A stretch of DNA of 64,000 nucleotides from Candidatus Adlerbacteria bacterium (lineage in GTDB: Bacteria; Patescibacteriota; Minisyncoccia; Phycocordibacterales; SBAW01), in the NCBI GenBank assembly GCA_027451965.1, contig DAIDHJ010000001.1, positions 356,799-420,798 on the forward strand, in the 5' to 3' direction. The notes under the pieces were generated by a model. That model ran no database searches, was not told the DNA's origin, and saw nothing but the letters and a program-made list of their open reading frames with translations. The translations under genes were made by a program, and so were the position numbers. Of this stretch, positions 42,823 to 53,559 are shown one piece after another (position 1 is the first letter of the stretch; each line of letters starts with the position of its first letter).

Positions 42823-43245
42823 ATGGCATCCACAAAAACATCAACAAAAGAATCATCTCAATATGTCGCTGCAGTTGGAAGACGTAAGACCGCTATTGCT
42901 CGCGCGCGCATGACACCGAGCAATCGTACTGTTGTACTAGTCAACAAAAAGGATATTAACGCCTACTTTGTAACAGAGCCACTTCGAGTGACTGCACTCG
43001 AACCATTTTTGAAAGTTACTCTCCCTACGCAGTTTCAGGTGGAAGTAGTAGTACACGGCGGCGGCATTGCCGGACAGGCAGTAGCAGTACGCCATGCCAT
43101 TTCACGCGCTCTCAATGAATATGACCAGTCGTTGCGCAATACGCTCAAGAAAGAAGGATTTTTGAAACGAGATGCTCGCGGAAAAGAGCGAAGAAAACCA
43201 GGATTGGTGAAAGCACGAAAACGAAAACAGTGGAGCAAGCGTTAA
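42823..43245 (+). CDS. rpsI: 30S ribosomal protein S9
   Basis: GRRKTAIARA...VVHGGGIAGQAVAVRHAISRAL...KRKQWSKR. Confidence 0.93.
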   Translation: MASTKTSTKESSQYVAAVGRRKTAIARARMTPSNRTVVLVNKKDINAYFVTEPLRVTALEPFLKVTLPTQFQVEVVVHGGGIAGQAVAVRHAISRALNEYDQSLRNTLKKEGFLKRDARGKERRKPGLVKARKRKQWSKR

Positions 43246-43248
43246 TTC

Positions 43249-43842
43249 TTGGCAGAGCTCTACTTTTTGCATACAATAGCGCATATGGCGCACAATTCTG
43301 AAGAAGAGCCTCTAGAAGAAGAGGAGATTATCTCTGATGATGATATGGCAAATCCTGTGCAGGTAGTAAAGCGTTTGCGTGAACAGCTGGTACAGGTACG
43401 CAAAGAGAAACAGCAGTATCTGGAGAACTGGCAACGGATGCAGGCGGATTTTGCCAACTATAAGCGCCAGGAACATGAGTTTCAGGAACAGCGTATGTTC
43501 CAACTCAAGGTAATATTCGCCGAAAGCCTTATTCCGACTCTTGATTCGTTTGAAATGGCTCTGCAGGATAAAACTTTTCAGCAGACGGATGTTTCATGGA
43601 AAAAAGGAGTTGAAGCGGTGTATCAAGGTCTACTCAAATCGCTGGAACAGATGGGTATCGCGCGATATACACCTCTAGGAGAACAATTTAATCCCCATTT
43701 GCACGAAGCACTGCAAGAAGTTTCTACTGACGAAAAAACGAAAGACCATACAGTTGAAGCAGTGCATCGAGCAGGGTATAGTATCGGCGATCGAGTGATA
43801 CGTCCTGCACAAGTATCGATCTACACGTTGCGTACAGAATAA
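43249..43842 (+). CDS. grpE: nucleotide exchange factor GrpE
   Basis: Coiled-coil N-terminus, GrpE C-terminal beta domain. Precedes dnaK. Confidence 0.85.
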   Translation: MAELYFLHTIAHMAHNSEEEPLEEEEIISDDDMANPVQVVKRLREQLVQVRKEKQQYLENWQRMQADFANYKRQEHEFQEQRMFQLKVIFAESLIPTLDSFEMALQDKTFQQTDVSWKKGVEAVYQGLLKSLEQMGIARYTPLGEQFNPHLHEALQEVSTDEKTKDHTVEAVHRAGYSIGDRVIRPAQVSIYTLRTE

Positions 43843-43867
43843 TTATTCATAATTCTACATATAGCTT

Positions 43868-45739
43868 ATGGGAAAAATTCTTGGTATTGATCTTGGAACA
43901 ACAAACTCTGCGATGGCCGTCATGCGTGGCGGTGAAGCGCAAATCATTGAAAATGCAGAAGGTGCCCGCACCACACCTTCAGTGGTTGCTCTTTCAAAAA
44001 CTGGTGAGCGACTTGTTGGATTGATCGCACGCCGTCAAGCAGTTACCAATCCCAAAAACACTATCTACCAAATCAAACGGTTTATCGGGCATACGTTTGA
44101 TGAACCGGCAGTGCAGAAAGATCATGCGGTGGTGCCATATGAAATGCGAAAATCCACAAACGGTGGCATTGAGGTACAAATGGGAGATACCTGGTATCGC
44201 CCGGAAGAAATTTCTGCGATGATTCTCCAGAAGCTCAAAAGCGATGCGGAGAAACGCTTGGGAGAGCCGATTACTGAAGCGGTAATTACAGTGCCTGCAT
44301 ACTTCAATGACGCTCAGCGCGCCGCAACGCGGGATGCCGGGAAAATTGCTGGTCTTGAAGTGAAGCGTATCATCAATGAACCAACGGCGGCGGCACTTGC
44401 CTATGGATTTGATAAGAAGAAAAACGAGAAGATCGTTGTATTCGACTTCGGCGGCGGTACATTCGACGTATCCGTATTGGAAGTAGGAGATGATGTGATT
44501 GAAGTGAAATCAACCGATGGCGATGCACACCTGGGAGGAAAAGATATTGATCAGAAAATTATCGACTGGCTTGCCACAGAGTTTCAAAAAGAGAGCGGTA
44601 TCGATGTGCGCAATGATCCGCTTGCTCGCCAACGTCTTGATGAAGCGGCAGAAAAGGCAAAAATAGAACTTTCTACAGCACTCGAAACGGAAGTGAATAT
44701 CCCATTCATCACTTCTGACGCATCGGGCCCGCGTCACCTGCTTATTAAAATGAGCCGTGCAAAACTGGAAGAACTTTCACGGGAGTTTATCGATCGTGCT
44801 ATCGCCATTACTAAACGAGCCATGGAAGCATCGCCGTTTAAGGTAGCGGATATTAACGAAATTATTCTGGTGGGCGGTCAAACACGCATGCCCGCCCTAC
44901 AGGCTGCAGTGGAGCAGTTCTTCGGCAAGAAGGCCAATATGAGCGTCAATCCCGATGAAGTAGTGGCAATCGGCGCCGCTATCCAAGGCGGTATCTTGGG
45001 CGGAGAAGTGCGCGACGTACTTCTCCTTGATGTCATTCCTTTGAGTTTGGGTATTGAAACTATGGGAGGTGTTGTTTCCAAGCTCATAGAACGAAACACT
45101 ACCATTCCAACAAGCCGCTCGCAGATATACTCGACTGCAACAGACAACCAAACAAGCGTAGAAATTCATATTGTGCAAGGAGAACGTGCTATGGCAAGTG
45201 ACAATAAATCGCTTGGACGCTTCGTACTTGATGGTATTCCTCCGGCACCACGCGGTCTGCCGCAGATTGAAGTCGCATTCGATGTCGATGCAAACGGTAT
45301 TCTTTCTGTCAAAGCGAAAGATAAGGCGACCAATAAGGAACAGAGTATTCGCATCGAAGCATCTTCCGGTCTTTCTGACCAGGACATTGAACGGATGCGC
45401 CAAGATGCCGAGACGAACGCAGAGACTGATAAGAAAAAAATGGAATTAGCAGAAGTGCGCAATGCTGCCGATCAGGCAACCTATCTTGCAAACAAAGCAC
45501 TCAGCGATAATGCAGGAAAAATACCTGCCGAATTAGAAGCAAGTATCAAGGAAAAAATTACTGCACTGGAAGCAAAAAAAACATCCGAGGATGTTGCTGC
45601 GCTCAAAGCTGATACCGAAGCACTTACTCAAGAACTCTCAAAAGTGTACGAAGCCATACAGAAAGCAGGCGGTAGTACTCCTCCGCCTCCTCCAGAAACA
45701 GGAAACGATACTGCACCGCAACAAGAAAACCAATCATAG
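43868..45739 (+). CDS. dnaK: molecular chaperone DnaK (Hsp70)
   Basis: [18 protein letters not shown], canonical Hsp70 blocks. Confidence 0.96.
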   Translation: MGKILGIDLGTTNSAMAVMRGGEAQIIENAEGARTTPSVVALSKTGERLVGLIARRQAVTNPKNTIYQIKRFIGHTFDEPAVQKDHAVVPYEMRKSTNGGIEVQMGDTWYRPEEISAMILQKLKSDAEKRLGEPITEAVITVPAYFNDAQRAATRDAGKIAGLEVKRIINEPTAAALAYGFDKKKNEKIVVFDFGGGTFDVSVLEVGDDVIEVKSTDGDAHLGGKDIDQKIIDWLATEFQKESGIDVRNDPLARQRLDEAAEKAKIELSTALETEVNIPFITSDASGPRHLLIKMSRAKLEELSREFIDRAIAITKRAMEASPFKVADINEIILVGGQTRMPALQAAVEQFFGKKANMSVNPDEVVAIGAAIQGGILGGEVRDVLLLDVIPLSLGIETMGGVVSKLIERNTTIPTSRSQIYSTATDNQTSVEIHIVQGERAMASDNKSLGRFVLDGIPPAPRGLPQIEVAFDVDANGILSVKAKDKATNKEQSIRIEASSGLSDQDIERMRQDAETNAETDKKKMELAEVRNAADQATYLANKALSDNAGKIPAELEASIKEKITALEAKKTSEDVAALKADTEALTQELSKVYEAIQKAGGSTPPPPPETGNDTAPQQENQS

Positions 45740-45793
45740 CAGGCGTTTGTTGCGCAGTGCACTGAAGAGCAGTACCATGACCCATACATTGTT

Positions 45794-46858
45794 ATGTCTA
45801 AAAAACGAGATTTTTACGAAGTACTAGGAGTGCAAAAGGGTGCTTCCAAGGAAGAGATAAAAAAAGCATTCCACAAACTGGCGCATAAATACCATCCCGA
45901 TAAAAGCACCGGGGATGCAGAAAAATTCAAGGAAGTGAGCGAAGCGTATTCGGTGCTTTCAGATGATAAGAAGCGCGCTGAGTATGATTCCTACGGACGC
46001 ACCTTTGGCGAAGGCGGTGCTGGATTCCAAGGAGCAAACTTTGATTTCTCCCAATTTCAAGATGCGTTCCAAGGATTTGGATTCGATATGGGAGACATCT
46101 TTGGCGATTTTTTCGGCGGCGGTGCTGGACGGCAACGACGCGGTAGAGACATTTCAATTGATTTAGAAATCTCCTTTAAGGAGTCGGTCTTTGGAACTCG
46201 TCGCCGTGTACTGCTGGCAAAAACAGCGTTGTGTGACATCTGTCACGGCAGCGGTGCAGCTCCTGGAAGCGAAACGGAAACCTGTAAACAGTGCGGCGGT
46301 GCCGGCAAGATCCATGAGACCAATAACTCTATCTTCGGTTCTATTACCACCGTACAACCTTGTCGCGCTTGTCGCGGTACAGGAAAGATACCGAAGGAGC
46401 GCTGCAACACTTGCTTTGGAGAGGGTGTTTACAAGAAACAGGAGGAAATAGAAATCATTGTTCCTGCGGGCATTGAGGGCGGTGAAATGATTCGCCTAAG
46501 CGGTATGGGAGAAGCGATCGTCAACGGCCCATCAGGCGATCTGTATGTGAAAGTGCACGTCACGCCGGACCCCCGCTTCAAAAAAGAAGGAGCGAACATC
46601 CTTACTGATCTTTCTATCAAACTCTCTGATGCTCTCCTGGGAGGCACCTACAAAATCATGACACTTGATGGGGAAGAGCAATTGACCATTCCGGTCGGCA
46701 TTTCTCATGGCACATTGCTTACCATTAAAGGAAAAGGAGTGCCGCATGGCAGAGGCAAGCGAGGAGATTTGTTTGTACGGGTCAAAATCAACCTTCCTCA
46801 GAAACTGTCACGCACCGCAAAACAGCTTATCGAGAAACTCCGCGAAGAGGGCATTTAA
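45794..46858 (+). CDS. dnaJ: molecular chaperone DnaJ
   Basis: J-domain HPD (KYHPDKS), G/F region, four CxxCxGxG zinc-finger repeats. Confidence 0.95.
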   Translation: MSKKRDFYEVLGVQKGASKEEIKKAFHKLAHKYHPDKSTGDAEKFKEVSEAYSVLSDDKKRAEYDSYGRTFGEGGAGFQGANFDFSQFQDAFQGFGFDMGDIFGDFFGGGAGRQRRGRDISIDLEISFKESVFGTRRRVLLAKTALCDICHGSGAAPGSETETCKQCGGAGKIHETNNSIFGSITTVQPCRACRGTGKIPKERCNTCFGEGVYKKQEEIEIIVPAGIEGGEMIRLSGMGEAIVNGPSGDLYVKVHVTPDPRFKKEGANILTDLSIKLSDALLGGTYKIMTLDGEEQLTIPVGISHGTLLTIKGKGVPHGRGKRGDLFVRVKINLPQKLSRTAKQLIEKLREEGI

Positions 46859-46893
46859 CCCTGTGAGAGCGGGCGCATTTCTGTTAGTATGAA

Positions 46894-47874
46894 ATGCGTA
46901 TGACAGCGCATAGAAAACGCCTTTTAACCGGCCTTCAGCCTTCGGGCCAACTGCATGTCGGCAACTACTTAGGGGCACTTAAGCCTTTTATTGAACTATA
47001 CCCGCACTATGACAGCATGCTCATGGTGGCTGATTATCATGCGCTCACCTCACTCAAAGACAGCAATCAGCTCCATCGGAATATTCTTGATATCGTCAAA
47101 GATTATGTGGCTGCGGGCGTAGATCCAACACAGACCACTATATTCCAACAGTCTGGCATCTCGGAACATACGGAACTTGCCTGGATTTTTGAATGTTTGG
47201 TCAGCATGCCGTTCCTTATGCAAGCACATGCATACAAGGATAAGAGCAGCAAAGGCAGCGATATAAACGCGGGTTTGTTTAATTATCCGATGCTTATGGC
47301 TGCAGATATTCTGCTGTATGACACCGATATCGTGCCGGTAGGACAGGACCAGCGTCAGCATGTTGAATATGCGCGCGAAGCGGCGAACAAATTCAATATC
47401 GCATACGGAGAAACATTCACCGCACCGCAGGAACATATTCTTAGGGGTGTCGGTACAGTGGTAGGTACAGACGGCAAAAAGATGAGTAAAAGCTATCACA
47501 ATACGATTCCGCTATTCGGCACCGATGATGAAATACGCAAAGCAGTTATGAGCATCACTACTGATTCCACACCTGCAGGAGCGCCGCTTGATCCGGATAC
47601 TGATATTGTATTTTCATTACATCGGCATTTTGCTGCTGATATAGATACCCTGGAAGCGCGCTACCGAGAGGGAAGCATTGGTTACAAAGAATCAAAAGAA
47701 CTGCTGGCACAGCACATCATTGATACCGTTGCGCCGCTTCGGTATAAACGAGAATCTTTGTCAGACGAGATGGTGCGCGACATACTCGTCGAGGGCACGA
47801 ACAAGGCACGTGCATTGGCAAGCGAGAAAATGCGCGACGTGCGTATAAAAGTTGGCGTCTCACTTACCGTATGA
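46894..47874 (+). CDS. trpS: tryptophan--tRNA ligase
   Basis: TGLQPSGQLHVGNYLGAL (HIGH-class), KMSKS (KMSKSYHN). Confidence 0.92.
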   Translation: MRMTAHRKRLLTGLQPSGQLHVGNYLGALKPFIELYPHYDSMLMVADYHALTSLKDSNQLHRNILDIVKDYVAAGVDPTQTTIFQQSGISEHTELAWIFECLVSMPFLMQAHAYKDKSSKGSDINAGLFNYPMLMAADILLYDTDIVPVGQDQRQHVEYAREAANKFNIAYGETFTAPQEHILRGVGTVVGTDGKKMSKSYHNTIPLFGTDDEIRKAVMSITTDSTPAGAPLDPDTDIVFSLHRHFAADIDTLEARYREGSIGYKESKELLAQHIIDTVAPLRYKRESLSDEMVRDILVEGTNKARALASEKMRDVRIKVGVSLTV

Positions 47875-49217
47875 ACAGAATATTGATTCATCATTTAAAA
47901 CAGCATATCGACGCATCTGTATGCATAGAAGGATGGGTAAGCACCCGGCGCGATCAAGGAAAATTGATTTTTTTTGACATACGGGATCGGACCGGCACCG
48001 TGCAAACCGTTGTCCTTCCAGGGAGTACGGCACTGGAGAGTGCAAGACAGGTGCGCGCCGAATCTATCGTGCGCTTGGAAGGCATCGTCCATCTGCGACC
48101 GGAAAAAAATCGGAATCCAGATGCGCAGTACGGGGATATAGAAGTAGAAGTGACAGAACTGACTATTCTGGCAAAACCGATCGATGTACCGTTTGAACTG
48201 AATGCGGATCTCAACATCGACACGTATCTGGATCATCTGCCGTTCACGCTACGCAGCGAAAAAGCGCGCGGAATATTTTCACTGCAGGCGACTATTATAG
48301 AATCCTTCCGTGAAGCACTGCGTAAAGAAGGGTTTACGGAATTCCAGGCGCCGGCACTGGTAGGCGCAGATGCAGAAGGTGGTGCGGCCGCATTTCCGGT
48401 TGAATACTACTATGACCGTAAGGCATTTCTAGCAACCAGCCCACAGTTCTACAAACAAATCATGGTTGGTGTATTTGAACGAGCGTTCACTACGCCGCAT
48501 GTATTTCGCGGCGAAAAACATGCGACCACCCGCCACCTCTCCGAATACGCATCCATGGATTTTGAAATGGGATTCATTCATGATCACCATGACGTCATGC
48601 ACATGCTTGAGACCTGCATGCAGCATATCGTCGCGATGGTAACTGCCCACCACGCAGACACGTTTACGCTGTGCAACGCGGACCTTCCGTTGCTTCCTGA
48701 AACGATTCCCGTCGTAACGCTTTCAGAAGCGCAAGATATTCTTGCACAGCAATACAGCATTGATGCTCGAGGAGAACCTGACCTTGAACCGGAGCACGAA
48801 CGTTTACTATGCCAGTGGTCAAAAGAAACACATCGCTCCGATTTTTTGTTCGTCACCCATTACCCGGTTTCCAAACGACCCTTCTACACCTATGAAGACG
48901 AGGCTCGGCCAGGATATACAAAAAGCTTCGATCTGCTGTTCCGGGGACTGGAAATCACCACCGGCGGCCAACGCGTGCATGACTACGATACATTGATTGC
49001 AAAAATACGCGAGAAAGGATTGAATCCAGATCTTTTTTCCTTCTATTTGCAGGCATTCAAAACAGGTATGCCACCGCATGGCGGCTGTGCGACGGGATTG
49101 GAACGCATCACCGCGCGCATGCTCAACCTTCCCAATGTGAAAGAAGCAACACTGTTCCCACGCGACCTTAACAGAATAGACATACGGCTCTCCGAACAGG
49201 AAAGCGATGAAGCGTAG
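47871..49217 (+). CDS. aspS: aspartate--tRNA ligase, archaeal/type-2 short form (likely non-discriminating)
   Basis: OB anticodon-binding N-terminus; FRGEKHATTRHLSEY and FDLLFRGLEITTGGQRVHDYD...GMPPHGG...LFPRD match type-2 AspRS rather than AsnRS. Confidence 0.8.
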   Translation: MNRILIHHLKQHIDASVCIEGWVSTRRDQGKLIFFDIRDRTGTVQTVVLPGSTALESARQVRAESIVRLEGIVHLRPEKNRNPDAQYGDIEVEVTELTILAKPIDVPFELNADLNIDTYLDHLPFTLRSEKARGIFSLQATIIESFREALRKEGFTEFQAPALVGADAEGGAAAFPVEYYYDRKAFLATSPQFYKQIMVGVFERAFTTPHVFRGEKHATTRHLSEYASMDFEMGFIHDHHDVMHMLETCMQHIVAMVTAHHADTFTLCNADLPLLPETIPVVTLSEAQDILAQQYSIDARGEPDLEPEHERLLCQWSKETHRSDFLFVTHYPVSKRPFYTYEDEARPGYTKSFDLLFRGLEITTGGQRVHDYDTLIAKIREKGLNPDLFSFYLQAFKTGMPPHGGCATGLERITARMLNLPNVKEATLFPRDLNRIDIRLSEQESDEA

Positions 49218-49219
49218 CA

Positions 49220-49957
49220 ATGGGAGCACCCATCGTCAAAACTCCGATCTATGAAGGGCCGCTTGATCTCCTGTTGGAGCTCATAGAGAAGCGTAAGCTG
49301 CTCATCAACGACCTATCACTTGCAAGCGTCACCGACGAGTACATTGCACGTCTCAACGCCATGGAAGCAGTGCCGATCGAAGAAACGGCGCACTTTGTTT
49401 CGCTGGCTGCAACGCTCTTGCTCATCAAATCCCGATCGTTGCTGCCGCTTCTGTCGCTTTCGGATGAAGAAAGCAAAGACATCAAAGAACTAGAATACCG
49501 TCTGGCACTCCATCAGCTGTTCAAGGAAAGCGCACGCGATCTGGGTAAACAGTGGGAGCAGGCGGCCGTGCTCTATGAGGGAACACCGCCTGAGCTGCCG
49601 CCCTTCTTTCTTCCAGACGCTGCTATTACGCCGACTTCGCTCTATGAAGCAGCACTCATCCTGATTGAAGAATTTCCTAAAACAGAATCGCTTCCTAGTG
49701 TTGCCGTACAGAAAATTATTTCCATTGAAGAGGCAGTGGAACAGCTTTCTCAACGCGTCGCAACCGCCTTACGGCTTTCATTTAGGGATATTACTGCCAC
49801 CACGGAAACCGACCGAAAAATAGTGCGCCATGGCCTCATTGTGCATTTTTTAGCCCTCCTCGAGCTCGTAAAACAAGGTATAATTAGAGCCACACAAGAG
49901 GGAAATGGGGACATTACTCTTGAGTCTGACACCGTATCCACCCCGTCATATGAATAA
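49220..49957 (+). CDS. scpA: segregation and condensation protein A
   Basis: YEGPLDLLLELIEKRKLLINDLSLASVTDEY N-terminal ScpA signature. Confidence 0.88.
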   Translation: MGAPIVKTPIYEGPLDLLLELIEKRKLLINDLSLASVTDEYIARLNAMEAVPIEETAHFVSLAATLLLIKSRSLLPLLSLSDEESKDIKELEYRLALHQLFKESARDLGKQWEQAAVLYEGTPPELPPFFLPDAAITPTSLYEAALILIEEFPKTESLPSVAVQKIISIEEAVEQLSQRVATALRLSFRDITATTETDRKIVRHGLIVHFLALLELVKQGIIRATQEGNGDITLESDTVSTPSYE

Positions 49958-50501
49958 CCACGCATATACCATTGAAGCGATCCTGTTTGCCCTCGGCAAA
50001 CCGATGACCTACCAAGAGCTGAGTAATAAAAGCGGGCTCTCCGCGCAAGAAACGAAAGAGGCGATCGCTTCATTGCGCGAACGGCAAGGAGGCGTGGTGC
50101 TCATCGATGACGGCCATACCGTAGAACTACGGATCGCCGGAGCGCTCGCTCCTATTATTGAAACCATTCAGACGGAGGAATACGCACGCGATATCGGCAA
50201 AGCAGGGCTTGAGACGCTGGCAGCAGTTCTCTATAAAGGACCACTTTCCCGAAGCGAAATTGATTTCATCCGCGGAGTGAATTCTTCTCAAACCTTGCGT
50301 ACGCTTGTCATGCGAGGACTCCTGCGCAAGGTGCCGCACCCGCGCCACCAACGCTCTTTTCTGTTTGAACCGACTACGGAATTGCTTGCACATTTGGGTA
50401 TTACTGATACTGCCGCACTGCCGCACTATGACACCATTCGTGAGAAACTGACTGCCCTGCAGGCAGCATATGAAACACAGACAGCCGAGCACACCGTATG
50501 A
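49950..50501 (+). CDS. scpB: segregation and condensation protein B
   Basis: IEAILFALGKPMTYQELS winged-helix ScpB signature. Overlaps scpA by 8 nt. Confidence 0.88.
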   Translation: MNNHAYTIEAILFALGKPMTYQELSNKSGLSAQETKEAIASLRERQGGVVLIDDGHTVELRIAGALAPIIETIQTEEYARDIGKAGLETLAAVLYKGPLSRSEIDFIRGVNSSQTLRTLVMRGLLRKVPHPRHQRSFLFEPTTELLAHLGITDTAALPHYDTIREKLTALQAAYETQTAEHTV

Positions 50502-51397
50502 GATTCAAACCACGAGGCATCATTGAGGCGTCGCTTCTCACCACACTTATTGTGAGTGGCATTTCGATCTGCGTGTTTGCGGGCGTAGTGCTGCTTATGC
50601 CGCACACACAGCGGGTTACTACTTCACAGACACCTCCTCCTACCATCGCGCTTGATCCGTCTCTACTTGCTGCCGATGCAGCGGTGCTCTACGATCCAAC
50701 GACCGGCACGATACTGTTTGCCAAAAATGCCACTGTGCCGCTGCCCCTTGCCTCGCTTACCAAACTGGCAACGGCACAGACGGTGCTTGCGGGACATCCT
50801 GAAGATCAAACTATTGTCATCAATCGAAGCGATCTGCTGCAGCAGGATCAAGCAGATCTCGCCTTGCATGCGGGAGACCGCTTCTCTCTCTCCCAGCTCT
50901 TGCGGCTTGCTCTCATCGGTTCTTCAAATGATGCTATGGCTGCCGTTGCCGCCAGTGTCGGTACGGACACAGTGCAGAAAATGAATTCCACCGCATCCCA
51001 GCTAGGACTCACCGATAGTGTGTTTTACGATCCAACGGGCTTGGATCTGAGCTCCACAACCTCCGGCGCCTACGCATCCGCGCGGGATGTTGCGGTACTT
51101 GCCAGCGTGTTTTATCGGGAACACCCTGATTACTTTGAATTGACAGAACGTCCTTCCGTATCGGTGCCGGGACCGCGCGGCAATGTGCTCGTACAAGCTA
51201 CCGATGCGCCGCTCCTGTCGGTACCTAATCTCGTCGGCGCTAAAACCGGTTACACGACGCTTGCTGGCGGCAATCTGGTCGCCATATTCGACGTACAAGT
51301 GGGACACCCTTTGGTAGCCGTCGTACTAGGTTCGACCGAGAAAGGGAGATTTACCGACATGCGCACGCTTATTGCTGCAGCAGAAGCATCATTATGA
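50498..51397 (+). CDS. dacA: D-alanyl-D-alanine carboxypeptidase (S11 family, low-molecular-weight PBP)
   Basis: SxxK (ASLTK), SxN (SSND), KTG (KTGYT) motifs, N-terminal anchor. Confidence 0.85.
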   Translation: MRFKPRGIIEASLLTTLIVSGISICVFAGVVLLMPHTQRVTTSQTPPPTIALDPSLLAADAAVLYDPTTGTILFAKNATVPLPLASLTKLATAQTVLAGHPEDQTIVINRSDLLQQDQADLALHAGDRFSLSQLLRLALIGSSNDAMAAVAASVGTDTVQKMNSTASQLGLTDSVFYDPTGLDLSSTTSGAYASARDVAVLASVFYREHPDYFELTERPSVSVPGPRGNVLVQATDAPLLSVPNLVGAKTGYTTLAGGNLVAIFDVQVGHPLVAVVLGSTEKGRFTDMRTLIAAAEASL

Positions 51398-52440
51398 ACG
51401 TAAGCGTACTGCAAATATTTATTCCGGCCACCATTTCGTTCCTCATAGGAATTGCACTTACGCCGTTCATTTCCCATATTCTGTACGCGAACAAAATGTG
51501 GAAACCGAAGAGCGGCAAGACAGCGCTCGACGGTACGCCTGCTGCAACATTCAATGAACTGCATCAGGAAGTCGGCACTCCGCGCTTCGGCGGCATTATC
51601 GTGTGGGGGAGCGTATTCCTGACTGCAGTGTTTTTAGAGCTCCTGCAGCTGCAATTTCCTGACGCGTTTCATATGCTGGCATTCATCTCACGAGCGCAGA
51701 CTTGGGTACCGATGGGAGCGTTTGCGATCGGCGCCGCAGTCGGCTTCATCGACGATCTCTTCGAGGTGCGCGGCAAACAAGGCATCAAGCTGCGCACGCG
51801 GCTGGGAGTGGTGGCAGTGGTATCGTGCCTATGTGCGCTGTGGTTTTATGAAAAGCTTTCTGTTACCAGTATTTCTGTTCCGTTTCTTGCCCAACCGCTC
51901 ACCATAGGGATATGGTTCATTCCGCTCTTCATCATCGTGAGCCTGTTTATTTACGCCGGCGGCGTTATTGATGGTATTGACGGCCTTGCAGGCGGAGAGT
52001 TTGCGAGCATTTTTGTCGCATACGCCGGCATCGCCTACTTTCAGCATCAGTACGATATCGCATCGCTATGCGCAGCAATCGCCGGAGGATTGCTTGCCTT
52101 TTTGTGGTTTAACATTCCACCCGCACGCTTTTATCTTTCTGAAACGGGTACTATGGCGCTCACCTTGGTGCTTACTGTCGTAGCGTTCCTCACGGACGTT
52201 CTGGGTGGGGGCAGGGGACTCATGGTGCTTCCCATCATTGCACTGCCGCTGGTAGTTACCGTACTCTCCAACATCCTGCAGCTGTTTGGAAAAAAGATAC
52301 TGAAGCGCAAAATTCTGCGTATCGCACCGCTCCACCATCACTTTGAGGCAATTGGCTGGCCTTCCTACAAGGTGACCATGCGCTATTGGATCGTAGGCGT
52401 CATTGCCGCTATTCTCGGCATGGCCATAGCATTGCTATGA
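51394..52440 (+). CDS. mraY: phospho-N-acetylmuramoyl-pentapeptide transferase
   Basis: Polytopic. DDxxD-containing loop (IDDLFEVRG) and APLHHHFE near C-terminus. Confidence 0.92.
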   Translation: MNVSVLQIFIPATISFLIGIALTPFISHILYANKMWKPKSGKTALDGTPAATFNELHQEVGTPRFGGIIVWGSVFLTAVFLELLQLQFPDAFHMLAFISRAQTWVPMGAFAIGAAVGFIDDLFEVRGKQGIKLRTRLGVVAVVSCLCALWFYEKLSVTSISVPFLAQPLTIGIWFIPLFIIVSLFIYAGGVIDGIDGLAGGEFASIFVAYAGIAYFQHQYDIASLCAAIAGGLLAFLWFNIPPARFYLSETGTMALTLVLTVVAFLTDVLGGGRGLMVLPIIALPLVVTVLSNILQLFGKKILKRKILRIAPLHHHFEAIGWPSYKVTMRYWIVGVIAAILGMAIALL

Positions 52441-53534
52441 AGCGCTCCATCGATCTTTCCTTTTTGCTTGTCGTCTGGGCGCTCGTCATCTGCGGACTAG
52501 TCATCTTTACCTCAGCGGCGCTTGGACTCTTGGCGCACAATAACGGCAACGTGTTCACCTCGGTGGCGATAAGTCAGGTGCTCTTGGGATTGGTGTGCGG
52601 CGCCGTGCTCTTTTTTCTTTGCTCGCGCATGGACTATCGTCTATGGCGCAAATATATTCCGTATCTATTCATCGGCGCGCTATTCCTGACCGGCCTTACC
52701 TTGGTGCCGCACATCGGCCTTTCGCTCAAAGGCGCATCCCGTTGGATCGTCATCGGACCGTTCTCATTTCAACCGGAAGAGATTCTTAAGTTTGCGACCG
52801 TCATGTTCCTTGCGACCTACTACTCGACCAACTACAAGGCAGTGCAGACGATCCGGGGAGGCATTGTGCCGCTCGTCATTATTGTCGGCATTTCAGATGC
52901 GCTCCTCTTGGCGCAGCCGGATACTTCGGGCGCCATTATTCTCGGACTCACGTGCGTTGCGATGCTCTTTGCCGCAGGCGGCCGGGTCACGCATCTTCTT
53001 CTCCTGGCGCTTGTGGGTCTTCTTATCGTAGGTGCTGCGGCATTTGAACGCCCGTACGTCGCCCAACGCATTCAGACCTTCATCCATCAGGAATCTGACC
53101 CGCAGGGATCAGGGTGGCAGATCCAGCAGGCGCTTATTTCCATCGGTTCGGGCGGCTGGACCGGCGTGGGACTCGGACAGGGCGTGGAGAAATTCTCCTA
53201 TCTGCCTGAGCCGATCGGCGACTCGGTATTTGCCGTAGCAGGGGAGGAGTTCGGATTTCTCGGAAGCGCAATGCTCGTCATACTCTTCGGCATATTCGGT
53301 TTGCTTGGGTTCCGCATCGCATCGCGCGCGACGGATCCGTTTGGCGGTCTCCTCGTCATCGGCTACACGGTGCTTATCTTGGGACAATCCTTTCTCAACA
53401 TGGCATCCATTATCGGCCTCATTCCGCTCATCGGCGTACCGCTCATCTTTGTCTCTCACGGCGGCACCGCGCTCGCCTTGGCGCTGGCAGAAACCGGCGT
53501 GGTGCTCAGCGTCTCCAGACGCATGCGCGCATAG
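52437..53534 (+). CDS. ftsW: SEDS-family peptidoglycan glycosyltransferase FtsW/RodA
   Basis: About 10 TM helices. GASRWI, PxEF(I)LKF blocks. ATGA overlap with mraY. Confidence 0.88.
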   Translation: MKRSIDLSFLLVVWALVICGLVIFTSAALGLLAHNNGNVFTSVAISQVLLGLVCGAVLFFLCSRMDYRLWRKYIPYLFIGALFLTGLTLVPHIGLSLKGASRWIVIGPFSFQPEEILKFATVMFLATYYSTNYKAVQTIRGGIVPLVIIVGISDALLLAQPDTSGAIILGLTCVAMLFAAGGRVTHLLLLALVGLLIVGAAAFERPYVAQRIQTFIHQESDPQGSGWQIQQALISIGSGGWTGVGLGQGVEKFSYLPEPIGDSVFAVAGEEFGFLGSAMLVILFGIFGLLGFRIASRATDPFGGLLVIGYTVLILGQSFLNMASIIGLIPLIGVPLIFVSHGGTALALALAETGVVLSVSRRMRA

Positions 53535-53559
53535 GGCTTTTTTGCTACACTTTTGAAAC